The translations under genes were made by a program, and so were the position numbers. Below the pieces are notes generated by a model. It had not been told where the DNA came from and did no database searches. It worked only from the letters and a program-made list of their open reading frames with translations. From Mobula hypostoma (lineage: Eukaryota), in contig NC_086108.1 in assembly GCF_963921235.1 (NCBI RefSeq), positions 25,978,001-26,042,000 on the forward strand: DNA of 64,000 bases, read 5' to 3'. This document shows positions 49,940 to 63,479 of this stretch, piece after piece; positions within the stretch are counted from its first letter, which is position 1; each line of letters starts with the position of its first letter.

Positions 49940-50510
49940 TTGTGGATGTAACTGGCAGAAAGACTGATAGGTTGAAAGCATTGGACTTTCTGAAGGCTTT
50001 CACAAGGTTCCTCACGAGATTAGCCTACAAAATTCAAGCATGTGTCTTTAGAGATAAGAATCTGATGGGGAGAGCAAAACAGCTGGCAGTCAGAAGACAA
50101 AGAAAAGTCTTTCTGAGAGTGACTGGTGAAATACAACAGGTATCACTGCAATGCTCCCACAATTCACAGTATGTAGTAATACTAAATGAGACATAAAACT
50201 TGCGGATGACAAAAAGCTGGGTAAGAGTGTGAGATGTGAGGAAATGGCAGAGAGCTTCCAGTATGTTTGAACATACTGAGTGGGAAGATACATGGCCGAT
50301 GCAGTATAAGGTGGCTAAATGCAAGTCCATTCACTTTGGTGACAATAACAGAATGGTGGTTATCTGAAAGGCAGTAGACTGTGAAAGAGGGAGATCCAGA
50401 GTGGCTTGCTTATCCTTATACATCAATCTCTGTAAGTAAGCATACAGGCACAGTGGATAGATTAAAAGCCAATGGTATGTTGGCCTTCTAAGTAATAGGA
50501 TTTGAGAATA
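49940..50510 (+). mobile_element. Degraded CR1 RT fragment
   Basis: LDFLKAFTR-like motif, ttgcggatgacaaaaagctggg. Confidence 0.7.
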
Positions 50511-50832
50511 GTGTGATGGATATTCATTTTCCAGAGACCAAAGCCTCTTTGCTAACCTCAGCTATCTAGCGCAGCAACATGGTCTTTCTAAAATGTCAGT
50601 GTTGACTATGACAAAGATAAACTTGTAAGCAGTAGTCATTGTTCAGCTCCTAGTTGTAAACGAGAACCAGTCTTCAGTTCTTAATGTAAATTGCAAATAA
50701 TAAGTAGTCTGAGTTAAAAGGACAGAGTGACAGAGCAGTGGCTGCTGACCCATAAAAGGTGATTTTCAGTTCAGGAGATACGGTTTACAAAGTGAAGTGA
50801 CCATGAGACATTTTCATTTGCATCAGTTAAAG

Positions 50833-51690
50833 GTAAGACAATGGGCTATGTTAATTGGCCTACATCAAAGCAGGTGACTTTAGCTAAGTTACTTGCATCA
50901 TTGTGATCAAGATCAAGGAAAGGTCAAGACCTGACTTGTTTGTCACTTAACATATCAAACATGGTCACAGGCATAACTGATCTTTCAAGGGTTGGGATAT
51001 TTGTATACTCAGAGAGTCGGCCTTCACAGTATTAAATTTAGGTGTTTGGGATCCCTGTCCCCAGTACATACATCACTTGTGTGAAAGACTTTGTTCCAGA
51101 AAGGTATCTGAAAACTTCTCATGCAAATAATGTCAACTAGTAGTAAAAACAGTATGAATGTTGGAAAGCATTGAGGATTGTTAAGAATGACAAGGAGAAC
51201 ATCAGAAAGATGGGCTGACAGGAAGAAGGACTAGAATTCATTCCTCAACCTTCGGCTTCTGTGACAGATGACTCGTTCATCTGTAACACTTTGGCATGTT
51301 CTTTCAGCTCATAAGAAGTGTACCTGTGTTTGGAAATTGTTTGTAGTTTATCAATCCTTTGTAATTAGGAAATCTTTTATAAATCAGGAATCTTCTTTGT
51401 TTTGAGAACTATTTGCCTAAATTTAAATGTGTATCATTGACAATAAAATAAAATATATTTAAACTACTTTGTTAGTTGGAAGCATCTCCTCCCAGGTAGG
51501 GAATGGGAAACCATTACACAGATAAGAAGTGTTGGCAGCTGGACCTCACCAAAGGAACTAGATAGTAAGCTAACCTTTGAAAAGTAGGAGTATAGAGTAT
51601 AACCTCTCTATACTGAGAGAACTCATAGTTACATTACCTACATTAGATAGGACTTAAAATCTTCTTTGGAGTTTAGGGCTTTGCGGACAG
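50833..51690 (-). mobile_element. Ancient divergent Penelope-like relic, copy 2
   Basis: Broken minus-strand translation: RKALNSKEDF...RGY, FPIPYLGG, IYKRFPNYKGLI, then YVLGTG...GRLSEY. Confidence 0.5.
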
Positions 51691-52254
51691 TGAATCCAAC
51701 ACAACAGAAGCAGAGGGGTCTTACAGAAATTATGTATTGGTAAGGCTGTACCTTGAGTGTTGGGTCAGTTATCTGAGAAGATACTCTTGCTAAGGAGAAA
51801 GTGCAGTGAAGATTCCTGGGAATGGTAGTACTGAGAAGTGAAGAGATATTCAGTTGATTAGGCTTCTATTAGCTGGAGTTTAGAAATGCGACAATATAAC
51901 ACAATTCTGACAAACTTGGACAGACTTCATACTTGGCAGGAAATATGTTCCTGATTGAAGCAGGGTGTAGGTCCAAGGTTGACAGTTGACATAAGGAGCA
52001 AAACATGTACAACTCAGAATTTCTTCTCCCAGAGAGTGGTCAATTTGTGGAATTTTTCCCTCAGGGGATAGCTGAGATGAAATAATTAAGTACATTCAAG
52101 GAGAAGTTAGATGCATCTCTTAGGACTAGGTAGATCAAAAGCTATAAGGAGAAAGAAAGATACTGAATTTGAATAGTCATCTTTTATCATATTAACTGAT
52201 GGACAATTTTCACTTTCTTATGAGATTAAGGAGTTTGAGCTTACATTTTGAGCC

Positions 52255-52810
52255 CTCTAACAGACTACTACAGATGTGCTGTTGGAGGTATCCCGACTGG
52301 TTGCATTATGGTGTGTTATGGCAATTTGAATGCACAGTAATGTAAGAAACTGAAGAGAATGGTGGGCTCTGCCCAGTACATTATGGGCACATCCCCTCCC
52401 ACTATTACAAATGTTTGTGATTGCATCTGCAGGAGGCACTCCCTAAGAAGGCAACATCCCTCATCAATGATCCCCAACATCTGGACCATGCTACTTTCCA
52501 CAGCTACCATCCGGTAGGAGATGCAGAAGCTTGAAATCCAAGGTTCAAGAATAGCTACCTTCCTTCACCCATTTGTTTCTTGAACTAACCATAATCACCA
52601 CTACAGTTTGCGACACTATGGCCATTTTGATTACTTTGCACTAAAATGGACTTTGCTCGATGTTTCGTTCTAAAGGATTGTATAATTTATGTTTAATTTA
52701 TGTTTTTTTTCTAGCTTATAAGATGCTATGTGTCTGTGCTACTGCAGGTGAGTTTTTCATTGCATCTGCACATACATGTACTGTGCATATGACAATAAAT
52801 TTGACATTAT
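52255..52810 (+). mobile_element. Rex1/Babar-like LINE 3' end nested in a CR1 tail
   Basis: actggttgcattatggtgtgttatggc, ccatccggtaggagatgcagaagc and tgacaataaa. Confidence 0.7.
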
Positions 52811-54557
52811 CTTTGAGTCTGAAGAGCTGAATGATCTATTCCTGCTCCTATTTTCTATGTCATTCTGTGCTCCAATGTCCATTGAGTATTTGTTATGTAC
52901 TGAGATTGTGATAGACAATATATGAATACCAGCCTTTCTTTTGAACTGTCCTTAACTATGAAAACTCAATCCTTGCTCATGAACCCCATGACTTCATCAC
53001 TCAAAATACAGTCATACAATCTTACTGCCTTTTCTTCTTAACTTAGTTTCATTCCTCTTTGCATGTGTTATTCATGAGCTTGAGAGGAGACTTTGCAAAT
53101 AGAAGCATGATTCAACTGGAGAGCTCACTGAATTTTTAAGGTTACTAATTTTGGTTGAAATGCATTATGGTGTGATATGTTTTACCAATGACTTCACAAT
53201 CGCAATGTTGAAACTTGAAATACTAATATTGTCTGTTTGACAGGACTTGGGGTGAGATCTGTATTATACTGGTTCATTGGAGGAATGTCCGAGGCAGCTG
53301 ATCTATTTTAAACTAGCAGAATGGGCATGGATTTGTCATGGCCCAACATTATTGAAATATATGCCATATAAGATTCCCAATTAATGTTCATGCTAATCAA
53401 GAAAGGAACTATTTAGGTTACTAACAATTCCCTGTTCTTGGGCATTAACCTAAAAGGTCACAACAGTTAAAATGGTTACTCAGGTGCTTTTTAAAAGTGG
53501 TGGTTTCCTCATCCAGCACTCTTTAAGGCTGTGTGACACCCAACATACTTTGTTCGAAAATAAAAGCGTCATCAACACTCCTGTAATCCTTCCGCCAAAT
53601 GAAATATGAATCCAAGGTATTGATCTCTCTATCAGCCCTTGCGTAGTCCTAGAGATCATTTTGCTTTTTGCAGAATTGGAGTGAGAATCAGGGGGAGCAG
53701 GCTATTTGGTTGCTTGGAAATTGGAAAACTGGGATACAAAAATAATCAGAATGCTGAAGCCTGAGCAGTGAGGAGGAAAACAAACAGCTGGAGCGATTGG
53801 GGTCACTAGCATAGAGGACAGGAAATCGGCACCACCATTTGAATTCTGTCAAATTCTGAATTCTGAATTCTGTCAATGGTTGAGAAATTTTTCTTGAAAG
53901 TAATTTTGATTATAAATCAAGTTCTGCAATCTTTAATACCAGTTCCAAATGGTCTCATGGGGTGCTGGCCCTGCTTAAGTATCCGGTCCCAGATCAAAAT
54001 AATCAACATGGCGATTCTTTTTTCCAAAACCTTTGTTCAAGAAGGCTCTCTATATGAGTGTTTCATCACAAAACTCACTCACCTGTTTCTTTTTTTTGTT
54101 AAGTATCAAAAAAGTAGCGAATACTCTCAGAAAATTAGTTTGTGCATTCCCCATAAAGAGTAATAATTGACTATAACCTTGGAGGTATTTTGAGAGATTT
54201 AGAATTGAGTTACTCACCAGATGCTCTAATAAAGAGTTTATCTTTCTGGTAAGATAAACTACTTTAAACTGTTTATCTTTCTGGTAAAACTTGAGCTTAG
54301 ATGCTTTAATAAGATTTCACCAGGTCAAACCGAATTAATGCACATTTGTTACTGCATGAATAAAGTACAATTATATTCTATTGTGTGGTTGATTATGTTG
54401 ACAATAGAAGATTTTGTCATTGTGATTATGTAAATGAATTTATATGGGAAAAAGAAATTATACTTTCGCTTTGGAAGACCAGCATAATTTCAAGTGCATA
54501 ATTTGCATCAAGTTGGCCCATTGTACTTTAAACAAACTCCATGGATTTTTCAAGATG

Positions 54558-55320
54558 CAGGAGAGACCGCAGCTGCTGGAAATCTGGAGCAACACATAAA
54601 AAAAGCTGGAGGAACTCAATGGAAACCTCAGTGGAGGAAAACGAAAAGCTGACAATTGAGGTCGAGACCATCAAGACTGGAAAGAAAGAAGGGACATAGT
54701 CAGTATTAAGAGTTGAGGGAGGGGATGGAGAAAGGTACTGAGTGATAGGTGGATAAGGGGTGTGATAAGCAGTTGATGAAGGGGAAAATGGGAATGATAT
54801 AAGAATGATGTAAATAAAAGTGATAAAGGGCTGAAGGCAGAATCTCATAGGTCAATCACAAACACGACAAAGTCTGCATATGCTGGAAATCTAAAGCAAC
54901 ACGCACAAAATGCTGGAGGAAGTTAGCAGGTCAGGCAACATCTATGGAAACGAATAAACAATTTATTCATTTCCATAGATACCGTCTGACCTGCCGAGTT
55001 CCTCCAGCGTTTTGTGTGTGTTGCTTTAGAATCTGGTAGAAGTGACAGGAATGAAGAGAAGCAGGTGGGGAGGGGAGCCAGTGGGAGGAGGAACGGGTGA
55101 CCGGCAGTTTAAGAGGGTGTGGGAGGGGGACCAATGGAGGAGTAATGAGTGACTGGCAGATTAAGAGGGTGTAGGAGGGGAAAAGGAATAGGGTGATGAT
55201 AGTCCGTGGAATGCGGAAAAAAAGGCTAAGGGTTAGAAAAAAGTGGTTCCCAGAAGTTAGCGAAATTGATGTTCATCTAATCATGTTGGAATCGGCAGTA
55301 CCAAGGTGGAACATGAGGTA
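54558..55320 (-). mobile_element. Old Penelope-like 3' end with a nested younger fold-back terminus (54890-55029)
   Basis: gctggaaatctggagcaacac...; arms ctaaagcaacac...gaataaa and tttattc...gttgctttag are near-perfect inverted repeats. Confidence 0.75.
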
Positions 55321-56628
55321 ATTTTATCCATTTACTCAATGTCTAATTACCAGGAGAGAGCTTCTAAAAAGATATTGATAAGTCTGGGTCTTCCATGAGA
55401 TGGTGTCATTGTATCCATCCTTCCACTGAGAGTACAGAACAATCTTTTTGAGATTGCAGCACACTGACACAGCCACTAAAAGGACAACACTTTTCTTCTC
55501 TCCAGAACACAGAATAATAGAAAGGAGATGGAGTATATCTCTATGTAATGCATCACATGGCCAAATGTTGCTGTAAAGCAGAGCTCCTTGGAGCCCTTGC
55601 TTCATGGTATTGGTCCATGGCATAAACAAAGTCGGGAACCCCTGCTCTAAAGGTAATGACAAACCACTGTGTAATTGAGGGATTGTTTATTGGTAAGAAC
55701 TGGATAAGCTTTTTAGTCCTTAACAAAATGTTCTTTTTTCTGATGTTAAGTGGAATTACATAGAATGCACAGCACAGAGATACTGTATACCTTTAATTAT
55801 ATAGCCATCCATGTTAGTGCCTGTTCTCAAGCCTCTCCCACTCTAATTTATCCAATCCTCTCTTCTGTTCCTTTTCCAGGATGTGGTTTATAACTTCCTC
55901 AGAAAGGCATCAACTGCTTCTTATCAAAGTAATCTACACATTCTAATCATTTTCCTGGAAAGAACATTTTCCTAAGTTCATGACTAGATTTCCTTAAATT
56001 TTCTAAAGGTAATTAAATTTGTGGCCTTTAGTTTAGGAGTCCCTTCGCAAGTTAGATATTTTCTCTTTACTTTCCTTAATAAAGTTTGTCCTAATTCATT
56101 AGGTCGCCATCAGGCCGTCGCCGCACCTTCCAAGCTATACTTGTTCTTTTACTCCTTCCAGATAGATATAATTCACCCTCCCATGCTGCATGCTGTATGA
56201 CATATATACAATTCCGCAACAAGAATCTTCTGGAGGAACTCAGGATGTTAAGCAGCATCTGCGGGTGGAAGGGAATTGTCAACATGTTGGGTCAAGATAC
56301 TGCGTCAGTATTATACAATTCTAGTCCTGATGAATGTGTAATGTTAGCAAGTCATGGGGAAAATTATAGCCTTGGAAATGGTGATTTTTCACCAGAATTT
56401 GCAGTTTTTTTCCTATTGGATGTTACAGTAGTCTACTGAATATATGTGAAGATGGGGCAACAGTTCCTATTTTACTCTTCAATGCTTCTTATCCTATGTC
56501 CGGCTTGTAAAGTTAGCTCTATTTAACTGTAAACAACAGGAATTCTGCAGATGCTGGAAATTCAAGCAACATACATCAAAGTTGCTGGTGAACGCAGCAG
56601 GCCAAGCAGCATCTATAGGAAGAGGCGC

Positions 56629-56664
56629 AGTCGACGTTTCAGGCCGAAACCCTTCGTCAGGACT
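56629..56664 (-). ncRNA. Minimal hammerhead ribozyme motif, intact core
   Basis: Reverse complement: AGTC-CTGACGA-AGG(gtttcgg)CCT-GAAA-CG-TC^-GACT. Confidence 0.8.
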
Positions 56665-57150
56665 AACTGAAGGAAGAGTGAGTAAGGGATTTGAAAGCTG
56701 GAGGGGGAGGGGGAGATGCAAAATGATAGGAGAAGACAGGAGGGGGAGGGATAGAGCCAAGAGCTGGACAGGTGATTGGCAAAAGGGGATATGAGAGGAT
56801 CATGGGACAGGAGGTCCGGGAAGAAAGACAAGGGGGGGGGTGACCCAGAGGATGGGCAAGAGGTATATTCAGAGGGACAGAGGGAGAAAAAGGAGAGTGA
56901 GAGAAAGAATGTGTGCATAAAAATGAGTAACAGATGGGGTACGAGGGGAAGGTGGGGCCTTAGCGGAAGTTAGGCCCCCCTCCTTGTCTTTCTTCCCGGA
57001 CCTCCTGTTCCATGATCCTCTCGTATCCCCTTTTGCCTATCACCTGTCCAGCTCTCGGCTCTATCCCTCCCCCTCCTGTCTTCTCCTATCATTTTGCATC
57101 TCCCCCTCCCCCTCCAGCTTTCAAATCCCTTACTCACTCTTCCTTCAGTT

Positions 57151-57186
57151 AGTCCTGACGAAGGGTCTCGGCCTGAAACGTCGACT
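57151..57186 (+). ncRNA. Minimal hammerhead ribozyme motif, intact core
   Basis: AGTC-CTGACGA-AGG(gtctcgg)CCT-GAAA-CG-TC^-GACT. Confidence 0.8.
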
Positions 57187-59254
57187 GCGCCTCTTCCTAT
57201 AGATGCTGCTTGGCCTGCTGCGTTCACCAGCAACTTTGATCTATTTAACTGTATCCCAGTTGAGAGGTGATTTAGTGAGGTCACTATGTTAATACACACT
57301 GAAGTCACCTCCGTTGTTGACATGCAAGACTATTTTGGTGGGAGGCGAAACTTCTGTAGAAATGGAGATGTAAAAGACTGCAGATGCCAGAATATGGAGA
57401 GAAAAATAACTGCTTGGGGAACTTAGCAGGTTGAGAAGTACTGGCAGAGAAGAAAGAAATTGTCAACGTTTCCAATTGAGACCCTTCATCTACCTCACAG
57501 AAGCTCCTCAGCCTGCTAAGTTCTTCCAGCAGATTGTTTAGGGTTCCTTACAAACAGGCTATACAGCACCTCTCTACTAATTGGCTTCTTTCATTCAGTA
57601 CTGCTGGACGCTGATTTCAGCAGAGCAACAAACCACAGGCCTGTCAAAACTTTAGTTTGTTTGCTCTGTATACGTTCCCTGTACCTCTCAAGTTAAACCG
57701 AGGGACAGATTTCTAATTTGCCCATCAATTCTTCGTTTGAGGCTGAAGATAATATGTTTGGAGAAGGTTAGCAATAGAAGGATGCACAATAAACGGTAGG
57801 GAAAATGGAAGACAGGAGGAGCAGAGGGGTCTTAGTGTTGTAATTAGCAGTAAATAGAAATAGGAAATAATCAAATTCCAAGAATTAAGCAAACTTTTGG
57901 GAGTGGTTTGGATACGCATTGGGTATGGTAGCTCTTATTTCAAACTTTTTTCCCTTCGTCTGAGAGTACTGACAAGGCAAAGGAAGTGTGAGAAAAAAAT
58001 GTGTGTTTGATTGTGGCAATAAAACTGGAATGAAATTGAGAATGTCGGATGAAATGAGAATATTTCAGTTTTCATGGTTGGCAGGAGGCTTCTGTCCTGG
58101 AGTTGATTCTTACTAGCTCCCTAACTGCATGCCAGAATTGAATTTGAAGCAGATGTTTATTCATGGCAATATCCATACTTATATATAACTTAGATGTAGC
58201 CATGAGGGTAATCTCACAAATCTCAAAATGATTACTGTAAATGCATATCCTGGGCTTGTTTGCCCTCAGCAATGTTTCCAAGCTGACAGTAAAATTGAAC
58301 TGTCATACCTCTTCACTACTACTCAGCTTCTTTCTTTCTAAACTCCTGAAGGCTGGTGCCAACACAACAAACAAAGCTTCAGTCCATCCAAAACTACAAT
58401 ATTCTTGCTTAGTATCTATTATACTCCTGCAGTAAGCTTGGAAATAGATTGCTAATCCACCACCCATTTGTTCTGTTGAGGCAGATATAATACACTTGGT
58501 GAAGGCTTACAAGGGAACAAAGCACAATGTAAATGATAGGATGTGGAAAAAGGTGGAGGGACAGAAGGGTTTTCGTCCACAGATCCACAAAACTGGCTGG
58601 TTAGATTTAAGAAAGCAAAATTAGATAATTACCCTTATTAGCCAAGGCAGCAGTGCATTTCATACTAGAAGTGTAAATACTTAAGTTAGAATACTTTTAG
58701 ATTACTTCGTACTGTTAATCACAAAAAAGTATATGATAGCATCAAGGAGAATGGAGAGAATATTGAAGAGGATGCTACAAGGCTGGAAATGAAGATGGGG
58801 CTGGGGAGGTTTTCTTTGAGTCAAAGATTATTGGGGAATATGGACATCTCAGAAAGGCATATGAAGGAAGTCCAGTTTTAGATGCAATCTTTCGCATGAT
58901 TGGCACTAACAAGCAAGGAACATGGTTTGACAGAGGGAGAATGCACAGAATAAAAAAAAATCTGAATCCAAATGCTGATGGCATAATTTCTTTTTATTGC
59001 AGTTGTTATATTGTCATGGGTGACAACCATTTTCTTTGAGCAGCCAAATTTGTGTCATTTTCAAAGATTTCCATTAAATCATTGATCCGCATGGTCACGC
59101 CCCTATCAGAAGGGAATTTCGAATGAACAAACCTTTCATCTCTCAAAGAAATCATGAAAGAGTCACAAATGTTCTGAAAAATAACATTTAACTGCTTGAT
59201 TTATTCCACATAATGCATTTCCTTGGTGAAGAAGTGTGGCATAAACATATACAG

Positions 59255-59880
59255 TCATAGTGCACTACAGCACAGAACAGGTCCCCCAGCCCATATATTC
59301 CACATTGAATTGTTCCACTGACCTTCACATGGACTACAGCCCTCTATACACCACCCTTCCATGTACAATATTTCTCTGATTCAAACTTCTTTTAAATGTT
59401 GCAATCATACTCACATGCACCACTTCCACCTGCAGCTTGTTCCACACTGTGTCAGCCTCTGAGTGAAGAAGTTTCCCTCCTAAACATTTCACCTTTTACC
59501 CTTAACCCATAACCTCTAGTTCCAGTCTCCCTAAACCTCAGTGGGAAAAGCCTGCTTGCATTTACCCTATGTATGCCCTTCATAATTTTGTATATCTTTA
59601 TTAAATCTCCCCTCATTCTCCTGTGCTTCAGGGAATAAAGTCCTCACCTGTTCAACTTCTCCCTATAATTCAGGTCCTCAACTCCCAACAGCATCCTTGC
59701 AAACTTGCTCTATACTTTTTCAATCAATTTTTTCCAGCCCACTTTTCCAGCAGGTCCAGATTCTACTGCAAATTTTGATAGCTTTCCTCAGTGACAACTA
59801 TGACCCCAATATTGGTGTCATCCACAGATTTGCTGATCCAGTTTACTACATTTTCATCCAATCATCAATATAGAGATTTG
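59255..59880 (-). mobile_element. CR1 3' fragment with internal deletions
   Basis: catagtgcactacagcacagaacagg tail, ctctgagtgaagaagtttcc and ttggtgtcatccacagattt. Confidence 0.75.
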
Positions 59881-61899
59881 ATTAAAGAAATGTGTAAAAT
59901 TTGTTCAGTCGTAATAAATCAGAATAAACTGATTAAGAAAGAAATGGTGGCGGGCTCGTGTTGCAAGCTTGCACTTATAACCTATATCTCCATTACTAAA
60001 AATTGCATTGATCTTTCCATGAAATCTTCAGGAGAGTTAGATTTTCAACTTTACTGCACCCAGCTGTCTAATATTGTTATTCAACATATAATTAGATATT
60101 GCTCTTCAGCAAAGTTTTAGACCCTGAATTCCAAAAACTATGTATAATGAGATCTGATGTCCCTATCCCAAGGCAGTTAGTGAATTCATTTAGTCAAAGT
60201 CATTGAAAACACATTTATCATAAATAAGGATATTAAGATTTTCCAACGAGTTTGTTGGCTAATCGAATGCACAGATTACATACTGATTCATGCAGACAAA
60301 GTGGATACAACTTTGATTACATACCTCCAAAGTAAAACAATCTCAAGATTATGCCAAAGTTTACAATTTGCCTTTGGGTATTTATTGCTGGAGAGTTGGA
60401 CAAAGAGAATATCCAGTTTTCATTTGTGCTGAAGGCTGAGGTCATTTTTATGTCAGGCAAAGTTAGAAATCCAACATCAGCTCTGGCATTTCCCAGACTT
60501 GTTGAACCTGCTCTGCAGTCTGTGTTCACATTGGGCAAACCCCAGCAGGTTGAAATGCTGCTGATGTTTGAGGATCTAGTGAAACTGTATTATGATGCAA
60601 CCTAATAATTGAAAATTTAAAATGGCATGTATGATGTTCGAGCTTTTATAGATTGTTAATGAGTGATTGTGTCAGCTGTGGTCAAGTGGGAAATGAAGAA
60701 GAGGCTCAGAGGTTCAAGAACTACTCCAAAGGCAGTGAATGAGGGAAGATGCTACAGCATTTCTTCAGATGAAATGTCAGGTTGAAATTCCTTTTATTTG
60801 CTAGATTGTTGCTTATCTCATTGATGAGTGAGAGGTTTGCATTGCCAAGTTAACAACAGTGTTATTTACAAAATCAAAGCAGCTGAAATAGGTATGGTCT
60901 ATAGTAAATCTGTATGGTTTAAACTATTTCTTTTGTCATTTGAGGAAATGTACCTTGAAAGCTGGCATATGGGATAATTGTAATTTCTAAATGGATGCCA
61001 AGTACGTCCTCAGTTCTTCTCTTCTTTATTTCTCCCTATTCTTTCCTCACCTCCCTCCTCTGATAGGTCTTCCCCGTAACATATTGCTGCCACTATATCA
61101 ACCGCTATTTTAGTTACAAAGGTCATCACACATCCACAATGATGATATACTCTAAGTCAGAAACAATGCAGTCTGTGGATTCAAGTCACATTTTAACAGA
61201 GTCAATATCAACCCTTAATTAATTTAACTGCTCCCAATATTGAAAATGACTGACAGCTTAATTGCATTGCTGGCAATGCTTTCAAACTGCACTTAACTGG
61301 TATTGGGGATATACAACTTTACATTAAGAGGCACATTTTTTATGCTAGATTTGCTATTTTACACTTAGAACATCGCCCCTGTTGTCATTAACACAGGCTG
61401 TTTGGGCCACTGCATATGCATACAAAACCATTCCCCTGGCTCCAGAATCACCCACCATTATGGCCAACTATAGGATCATTACCTACCTATAACTCCAGAA
61501 CAAGTCATTATACACTTTCAAAAATACTTCAGTCGGTCAAAAAGTCTTCCCAATTGCTTACAATGTAGTAATATTTGAATAACTTTGTTAGTCATGCACT
61601 AAAATGTTTATTTGCAAATTTCTTTGAAAGTAACAAGTATATGTCTACATTAATGTCCTAATAATAGTCTTGCCATTTAGGACTATGGAGACATGACAGT
61701 TCAATATGTCAATGGCCCATCATTCATCTCCTCCACTACCAGGGACAGTGGCTGCACTGTGTATTACAAACAAAACACACTGCCGTTACTGGTGGGACTA
61801 CTCCAGCAAAGTTCCCTACCCCACCATGAAGGGCAAGAGCAGAAGGTGCATGGAAACACCAATTCCTAGCTTTCCCTCCAATCACACACCATCCTATGT

Positions 61900-62225
61900 T
61901 AGGACTGATGAAGGGTCTCGGACCGAAGCGCCGACTAGATACTCTTTTCCATAGGTGCTGCCTGGCCTGTTGAGTTCCTGCAGTATTTTGTGTGTGTTGC
62001 TGTGTCTGTTGCTAAATCCCAGTGGAAGTAGTTGAAGTTAAAGATGATCCATTGAATTTGGAATCTAGTGGGATGGAATGTGAGGATAAGGGGTACCTCA
62101 TCATTTCTCTGCTCAGGAAGGGAGAGGACAACAGTAGAATACAAGAAAGCGAGGAGATGAAACTGAGAGCACTGTCAACTATGATATGTAGAAATCACAA
62201 TTCAGGAAAAAGGAAGATATCCTAA
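61900..62225. mobile_element. Penelope terminus (+) with mutated hammerhead, adjoining a Penelope ORF relic (-)
   Basis: ctgatgaagggtctcggaccgaagcgccgact; minus ORF 61935..62144 has NDEVPLILTFHPT. Confidence 0.7.
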
Positions 62226-63479
62226 AAGCATTGTTCATTGCCAATATAGCCGGACAGTATGGATGCAAACAACTATCTGTAAAAGACAGACATAAAGATT
62301 AGCTTTAATTGTCATACTGATGGTAAAACACACAATAGAATATATTCTTTTACGGACTGTGTTGTGCAGCATATAACTCTCGCCACCAGAGCTTGCCCAC
62401 AACTCACCAACCCGAGCCAGATGACTTTAGAATGTGGGTAGAAAACAGAGCACCTGGAAGAAGCTCATACAGTCACAGGGAGAATGTACTAATCCAAGTT
62501 TCCAGCACTTGGTCCATAATCTTCTGTGTCATGCCATTTCAAATACGAATCTAAATTCATTTTAAATATTGTGAAAGTATCTACATCCAAGATCCTCTCA
62601 AGCAGTAAGTCTAAGGCTTTATCTACCCTCTGGGGAAAATACTCCCCAAACATCCAACCATTTAGCTCAAACCTATGCATTTTGGTTGAGGGGAAAAGTT
62701 TTTCAATATCTGCCTAACGGTGGCGACCCACCTCCACTGGTGGCGTAAGTAATGTTTTTTTAAAGTTGTACTGTGATCTTCCGATTTATAATCTAAGCTC
62801 CAACTAATGAAAGCAAATATTCCAAATACCTTTTAACTATCATATCTCCATGATCTGCTGGATTCAGAGACCCTTAGATGGTAGGTACATTGAGGAATAT
62901 CTGTTTTATGGCCCCATTGCATATATCCTAATTTTATGAGCCAATCCACAATGTAGCATCTCACATTTATTAGTATTAAGTTTCACACAATGTTGGAGTG
63001 CTATCTTGCCAACTGATCAATATTATTCTATAGCCAAGCATACTGATCATGTACTCACATTCACAGCCAGATTATGAATTTATTTAAGCCTTCTCACTTA
63101 CCCCTGAGGTAATCCACTGGTAACAGAATTACACACACACACAAACAGCCCTTCTTTGCCATTATCCTCTGCTTCCTCTCAACAAGCCAACTTTGCATCC
63201 AGTTTTTCAAATGGCCCTGGATTCTATGGATGCTTACATTTTGAACTATTTTTAACAAAAGAGTATGACTGGAACCTTCCTGGAGATTATGTAGATTACG
63301 TCAATTTGTACTGCCTTCATTTATATACTTGGTCATCTCCTCAAATTCAATAAATGTCATTTGTCAAAATCTTCCATTAACAAATCCACAATAACTATCC
63401 TTGATTAGTTACTGCCTCTCCAAGTACAAATCAAGTGTGTCTTGCAATATTTTCCAATAGTTTTATGCCAGAAAGCCAT

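Larger units (their letters stand above)
56532..57240. mobile_element. Young inverted pair of Penelope-like 3' ends
   Basis: Antisense arm 56532-56972 and sense arm about 56973-57240; 13-bp TSD CTATTTAACTGTA at 56519-56531 and 57241-57253. Confidence 0.92.

Noticed and set aside
49591..50196. 201-aa plus-strand ORF
   Set aside because: Chance read-through across a Rex fragment, a hAT MITE and CR1 relics
53400..53700. Minus-strand YRSVDDAFIF looked like a reverse-transcriptase catalytic motif
   Set aside because: Context (FEQSMLGV...VLDEETTTFKKHL) aligns with the decayed CR1 ORF2 C-terminus (FFTQRVV...EA...FK..LD), so the motif is coincidental
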